Assembly (NCBI GenBank): GCA_030141605.1
Contig: JAQGDQ010002392.1
Span: forward strand, 65,946-129,945
Length of the DNA stretch: 64,000 nucleotides
Direction: 5' to 3'
From: Tubiluchus corallicola
Taxonomy: Eukaryota > Animalia > Priapulida
The notes under the pieces are model-generated. The model was not told the origin of the DNA. It ran no database searches and worked only from the letters and a program-made list of their open reading frames with translations. Shown piece after piece: positions 60,596-64,000 of this stretch. How positions within the stretch are numbered: position 1 is the stretch's first letter; each line of letters opens with the position of its first letter. The position numbers were made by a program, and so were the translations under genes.

Positions 60596-61438
60596 TTATC
60601 TCAACTGATCAGGTGTGCAAGTATCCATATCGCCATAGTCAAGGTTTTCACCTCCCATACCCCAAATAAAAGTATAATTGCTTGTTCCTGCTCCTGAGTG
60701 TATTCCCCAAGGAGGCGATACTACCGCTTCATTATTCTGCACCCAAATATGCCTTGTTTCTTGTGGTTCACCCATAAAATGCGATAATGCTTGTCCTTGT
60801 GGCATCTCAAAGTAGAAGTAGGCTTCCATCCTACGGTCGTGAACGTGAGATGGTATAGTGTTCCACACACTTCCTGTTTGTAATTCGGTCATTCCCATTT
60901 GCAATTGACAAGTTTCTACAATGCCATTTACAATAAGTTTGTTTAGTATGCGATGATTAGATGTTTTAGGCTCTCCAAGTTCTATTACCTCTGCCTCGTT
61001 TTTTGTTATTTTTTGGACTGGGTAACTAGTCTGTGCTGGTGCAGAATTGAGATAAAACAATGCTGGTTTTTTTTTATTATCTGATTGGAAGGCAACATCT
61101 TTTGTTCCTGCTCCTATGTACAGGGCTTCTTTGTAGTCCAATTCATATTTCTGTCCATCAGCAGTTACCACTCCTTTGCCTCCCACATTGATTATTCCTA
61201 TCTCCCTCCTATCTAAGAAGTTTTTTGCTTTCAATGGCTCAATGGCTTCTAATTTTAGTATTTTTTTAACAGGCTTAGCTCCTCCTACAATAAATCGGTC
61301 GTAGTGGGTATAGGTAAGTGTAATTTCATCTCCCTTAAAGATGTTACTGACAAGAAATTCGTTCCTCAATTGTGTAGTATCCATTTGTTTTACTTCGTTA
61401 GGACCTACTGCATACTTTACACTATATTTTATGGTCAT
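60596..61438 (-). CDS. kduI: 5-dehydro-4-deoxy-D-glucuronate isomerase
   Basis: YTHYDR, FLDRREIG, CQLQMGMT, WNTIPSHVHDRRMEAYFY, ENLDYGDMD. Confidence 0.96.
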   Translation of the reverse strand: MTIKYSVKYAVGPNEVKQMDTTQLRNEFLVSNIFKGDEITLTYTHYDRFIVGGAKPVKKILKLEAIEPLKAKNFLDRREIGIINVGGKGVVTADGQKYELDYKEALYIGAGTKDVAFQSDNKKKPALFYLNSAPAQTSYPVQKITKNEAEVIELGEPKTSNHRILNKLIVNGIVETCQLQMGMTELQTGSVWNTIPSHVHDRRMEAYFYFEMPQGQALSHFMGEPQETRHIWVQNNEAVVSPPWGIHSGAGTSNYTFIWGMGGENLDYGDMDTCTPDQLR

Positions 61439-61725
61439 AGTTTTTTAATAAAATATTACTAACCAATTCGCCAAATTAAATATCAATAGCAAATATATGA
61501 ATATATTTATGTTTTCAAAAATTTTTCTTTTAATACAAATCTATAAAAAATATGCTCTTTGAGAATAAGACATCGAAAAGAGGAAAAATGTTTAATTAAG
61601 AGTTTTTAACAGAGTATTTCTTTTTTATCAGTTCCTCAGCCAGCAGAAAAACATTTCATTACAAACAGTCATCTTTCAAAATTACGACAATATGCCACAA
61701 GTTGTCGCAACTAATAAGTTATATG

Positions 61726-62367
61726 TTACTGTCTCCCTTTATTACAGAGCTTTACCTTACTTATAAACTGTTGAATTTTTTTAATATCTTTCCAAGCATA
61801 GTTCGTCTCAAAACAACTATTGATATCTATTGCATAGATATTTGCATAATTTATCTTTGATATCTCTTCTGTGTCTTCAGGTGTTATTCCTCCACTTAGA
61901 AAAATAGGTTTATCATAAGTATATTGTTTCAATATTTCCCAATTAAATTTTTTGCCACTTCCTCCATATTGTTGGGTTTTAGTGTCGAACAAAAAATACT
62001 TGCAATAGGGCAAGTAGGGTTCTATGACGACAAACTCAAAATCTCTTCCTATATTGAAGGCTTTGATAATTTGAACACCTTTCTGATGTAGTTGTTGGCA
62101 AAAGTCAGGACTTTCGTTACCGTGTAATTGTATAAAATCTAAATGGTAAGTTTGTTGTATTTGTAAAATATGTTGCAGATTTGCATTGACAAACACCCCC
62201 ACTTTTTTTATAGTTTGAGGAATGTTCTTTAAGATTTCTATGTCTAATAGATCTTCTACGTATCTTTTTGATTTTGAATAGAATATAAAACCTATATAAT
62301 CTATGGGTAACTGTGAGAGTTGATTGATGTTCTCACTGTATTTCATACCACAAACCTTGATTTTCAT
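61726..62367 (-). CDS. trpF: Phosphoribosylanthranilate isomerase
   Basis: KIKVCGM, GFIFY..S.R, VGVFVN, QLHGNES, GGSG..F.W, LSGGI, DINS.FE. Confidence 0.95.
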   Translation of the reverse strand: MKIKVCGMKYSENINQLSQLPIDYIGFIFYSKSKRYVEDLLDIEILKNIPQTIKKVGVFVNANLQHILQIQQTYHLDFIQLHGNESPDFCQQLHQKGVQIIKAFNIGRDFEFVVIEPYLPYCKYFLFDTKTQQYGGSGKKFNWEILKQYTYDKPIFLSGGITPEDTEEISKINYANIYAIDINSCFETNYAWKDIKKIQQFISKVKLCNKGRQ

Positions 62368-63158
62368 TATTGCTGGTAGATTTGGTTTATAAACTGCTGG
62401 CAGGCTCGTGCAGGATGGCTCGTTTTCATAAAACTCTCTCCGATGAGAAAACCATTGTATCCCTGTTGTTTTAGTTCTTTTATTGTCTCAATGTTGTCTA
62501 TTCCACTTTCTGATATTTTGGCATATTGTGAGGGTATTTTATCGCATAGCTTAATGGATGTTTGTATGTCTGTTTCAAAGGTTTGTAAGTTTCGGTTGTT
62601 TACTCCTACTACATCTATTTGCGGGTTGAGTTTTTCTAACTCTTCTTCTGTATGTATCTCAAAAAGTATGTCCATTTGTAAGCGTTTTGCAAGGTCTGAC
62701 AACACTTGCACTTGTTGTCTGCTCAACGCTGATGCTATAAGCAATACAGCATCCGCACCTATGGCTTTAGCTTCTATTATTTGGTATTCATCTACAATAA
62801 AATCTTTGCGAAGTATCGGAATCGTGTTATACTTTCTAGCAGTAGTAAGGTTTTTATTACTACCTCCGAAGTATTGCTGGTCGGTGAGAATGGACAATGC
62901 AGTTGCTCCCGCCTGTACATAGCCTGTTGTTACTTCTTGCACACTAACAGCATCATTTATTATACCCTTAGAAGGCGACTTTGTCTTATATTCTGCTATA
63001 ATACCTGTGCTTTTGGGGCTTAATAGTGCTTGTTTTAAAGAGATGGTAGACTGCTTAAAACAAGGAAGTGTTTCAAGTTGAGTAATTGGCGTTTTTTTTC
63101 TATTTTCTGCGACCTCTTTATGTTTGGTTTCAATTATTTTGTCTAATATTGTAGTCAT
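62367..63158 (-). CDS. trpC: Indole-3-glycerol phosphate synthase
   Basis: IIAEYK.KSPSKG, LSILTD..YFGG, LRKDFI, GVNNRNL, SESGI, LIGESFM. Confidence 0.96.
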   Translation of the reverse strand: MTTILDKIIETKHKEVAENRKKTPITQLETLPCFKQSTISLKQALLSPKSTGIIAEYKTKSPSKGIINDAVSVQEVTTGYVQAGATALSILTDQQYFGGSNKNLTTARKYNTIPILRKDFIVDEYQIIEAKAIGADAVLLIASALSRQQVQVLSDLAKRLQMDILFEIHTEEELEKLNPQIDVVGVNNRNLQTFETDIQTSIKLCDKIPSQYAKISESGIDNIETIKELKQQGYNGFLIGESFMKTSHPARACQQFINQIYQQ

Positions 63159-63235
63159 TTACAGCTGTGTATTCTACCTTAGCATATAAAATAGTTAAAA
63201 CACAAAAGTAATTATTTTTTACTTAAATTTGAAGT

Positions 63236-64000
63236 ATGAAATATAAGGTAGCATATCTTACTATTTTAACATTGTTATCTGGTAATGTTTATTCTCAAGA
63301 GCTTATGAAGTATAATGATTTAACCCCCGAAGAGGAAAAAGTAATTATACACAAAGGCACTGAGCGTGCTTTCACGGGCGAATACAACGACCACAAAGCC
63401 AATGGCTATTATACTTGTAAAAGGTGTAATGCCTACTTATATAAATCAAAAGATAAGTTTGAGTCTCATTGTGGTTGGCCTAGTTTTGACGATGAAATAG
63501 AGGGGGCTGTTAAACGTTTGCCTGACGCTGATGGTAAAAGAACAGAAATAATTTGTAGTAGATGCAACGGGCATTTAGGACATATATTTCTTAACGAGGG
63601 GTTCACTACCAAAAATACTCGCCATTGTGTCAATTCTATTTCCTTAAACTTTGTAACAGATAAGAACATACAAGAAGAGAAAGCCTACTTTGCTGGTGGA
63701 TGTTTTTGGGGTATTGAGTATTATTTTCAGCAAGTGAAGGGGGTAGTCTCAACAGAAGTAGGATATATGGGAGGGAGAACCGAAAATCCCACATACAAAG
63801 AAGTTTCCCACAAAAACACAGGTCATATAGAAACGATGCAAGTAATATACAACGCTAAGGAAGTCTCGTATGAAGAGTTGGCAAAATTATTTTTTGAAAT
63901 ACACGACCCTACACAAGTAAATAGACAAGGTCCTGATGTGGGCGAGCAATATCGTTCGGAAATATTCTATGTAGATGACACACAGAAAGCAACAGCAGAA
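63236..64000 (+). CDS. msrAB: Bifunctional methionine sulfoxide reductase MsrB-MsrA with signal peptide (partial, runs off the window)
   Basis: Hand-translated from ATG 63236: MKYKVAYLTILTLLSGNVYSQ...KGTERAFTG...CKRC...CGWPSF...CSRC.GHLGH...RHCVNS...FAGGCFWG...HDPTQ...GPDVGEQYRS. TAAATTTG promoter motif at 63224-63231. Confidence 0.95.
   Translation, partial: MKYKVAYLTILTLLSGNVYSQELMKYNDLTPEEEKVIIHKGTERAFTGEYNDHKANGYYTCKRCNAYLYKSKDKFESHCGWPSFDDEIEGAVKRLPDADGKRTEIICSRCNGHLGHIFLNEGFTTKNTRHCVNSISLNFVTDKNIQEEKAYFAGGCFWGIEYYFQQVKGVVSTEVGYMGGRTENPTYKEVSHKNTGHIETMQVIYNAKEVSYEELAKLFFEIHDPTQVNRQGPDVGEQYRSEIFYVDDTQKATAE

Noticed and set aside
61684-61708. CGACAA...TTGTCG hairpin after trpF as an IS end
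   Set aside because: Short imperfect stem, with no partner end or transposase remnant found.
1029-63669. Numerous short antisense or alternate-frame ORFs in the track (e.g. 31486-31986, 41775-42251, 60110-60697, 62443-62922)
   Set aside because: They are shadows of well-identified genes on the opposite strand, with no recognisable motifs.

Overview
AT-rich chromosomal window from a Bacteroidota (Bacteroidales-like) genome, judged from TAnnTTTG promoter motifs, T9SS genes and gene order. Genetic code 11. Most of it is housekeeping: gap, kdsA, lpdA-sucA-sucB, tig-clpP-clpX, lptB, rbfA, maeB, gpsA-pgi-mlaE/F, kdsC, menB, proS, pyrC, kduI-kduD-eda, trpC-trpF and msrB/A. The unusual parts are: (1) a ~4.2 kb islet between tRNA-Leu(TAG) and tig, bounded by a possible eroded copy of the tRNA 3' end. 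It encodes a TPR-array/DUF2971-like protein and a two-module LRR lipoprotein, both built from near-identical mosaic DNA repeats, plus a MITE-like element. (2) A ~12.3 kb T9SS type-B-CTD giant surface protein gene next to porP/sprF, broken by one frameshift. (3) sucB split by an exact 5-bp tandem duplication. (4) A DUF4861-like pseudogene with two in-frame stops and an apparent internal deletion. (5) A stand-alone serine-recombinase-type DNA-binding domain with its own promoter and terminator. (6) A lipoprotein GH47 mannosidase and an unannotated 44-aa CPAY lipoprotein. No CRISPR array, rRNA, integrase or transposase was seen. All family assignments come from motif recognition by eye, not database searches.
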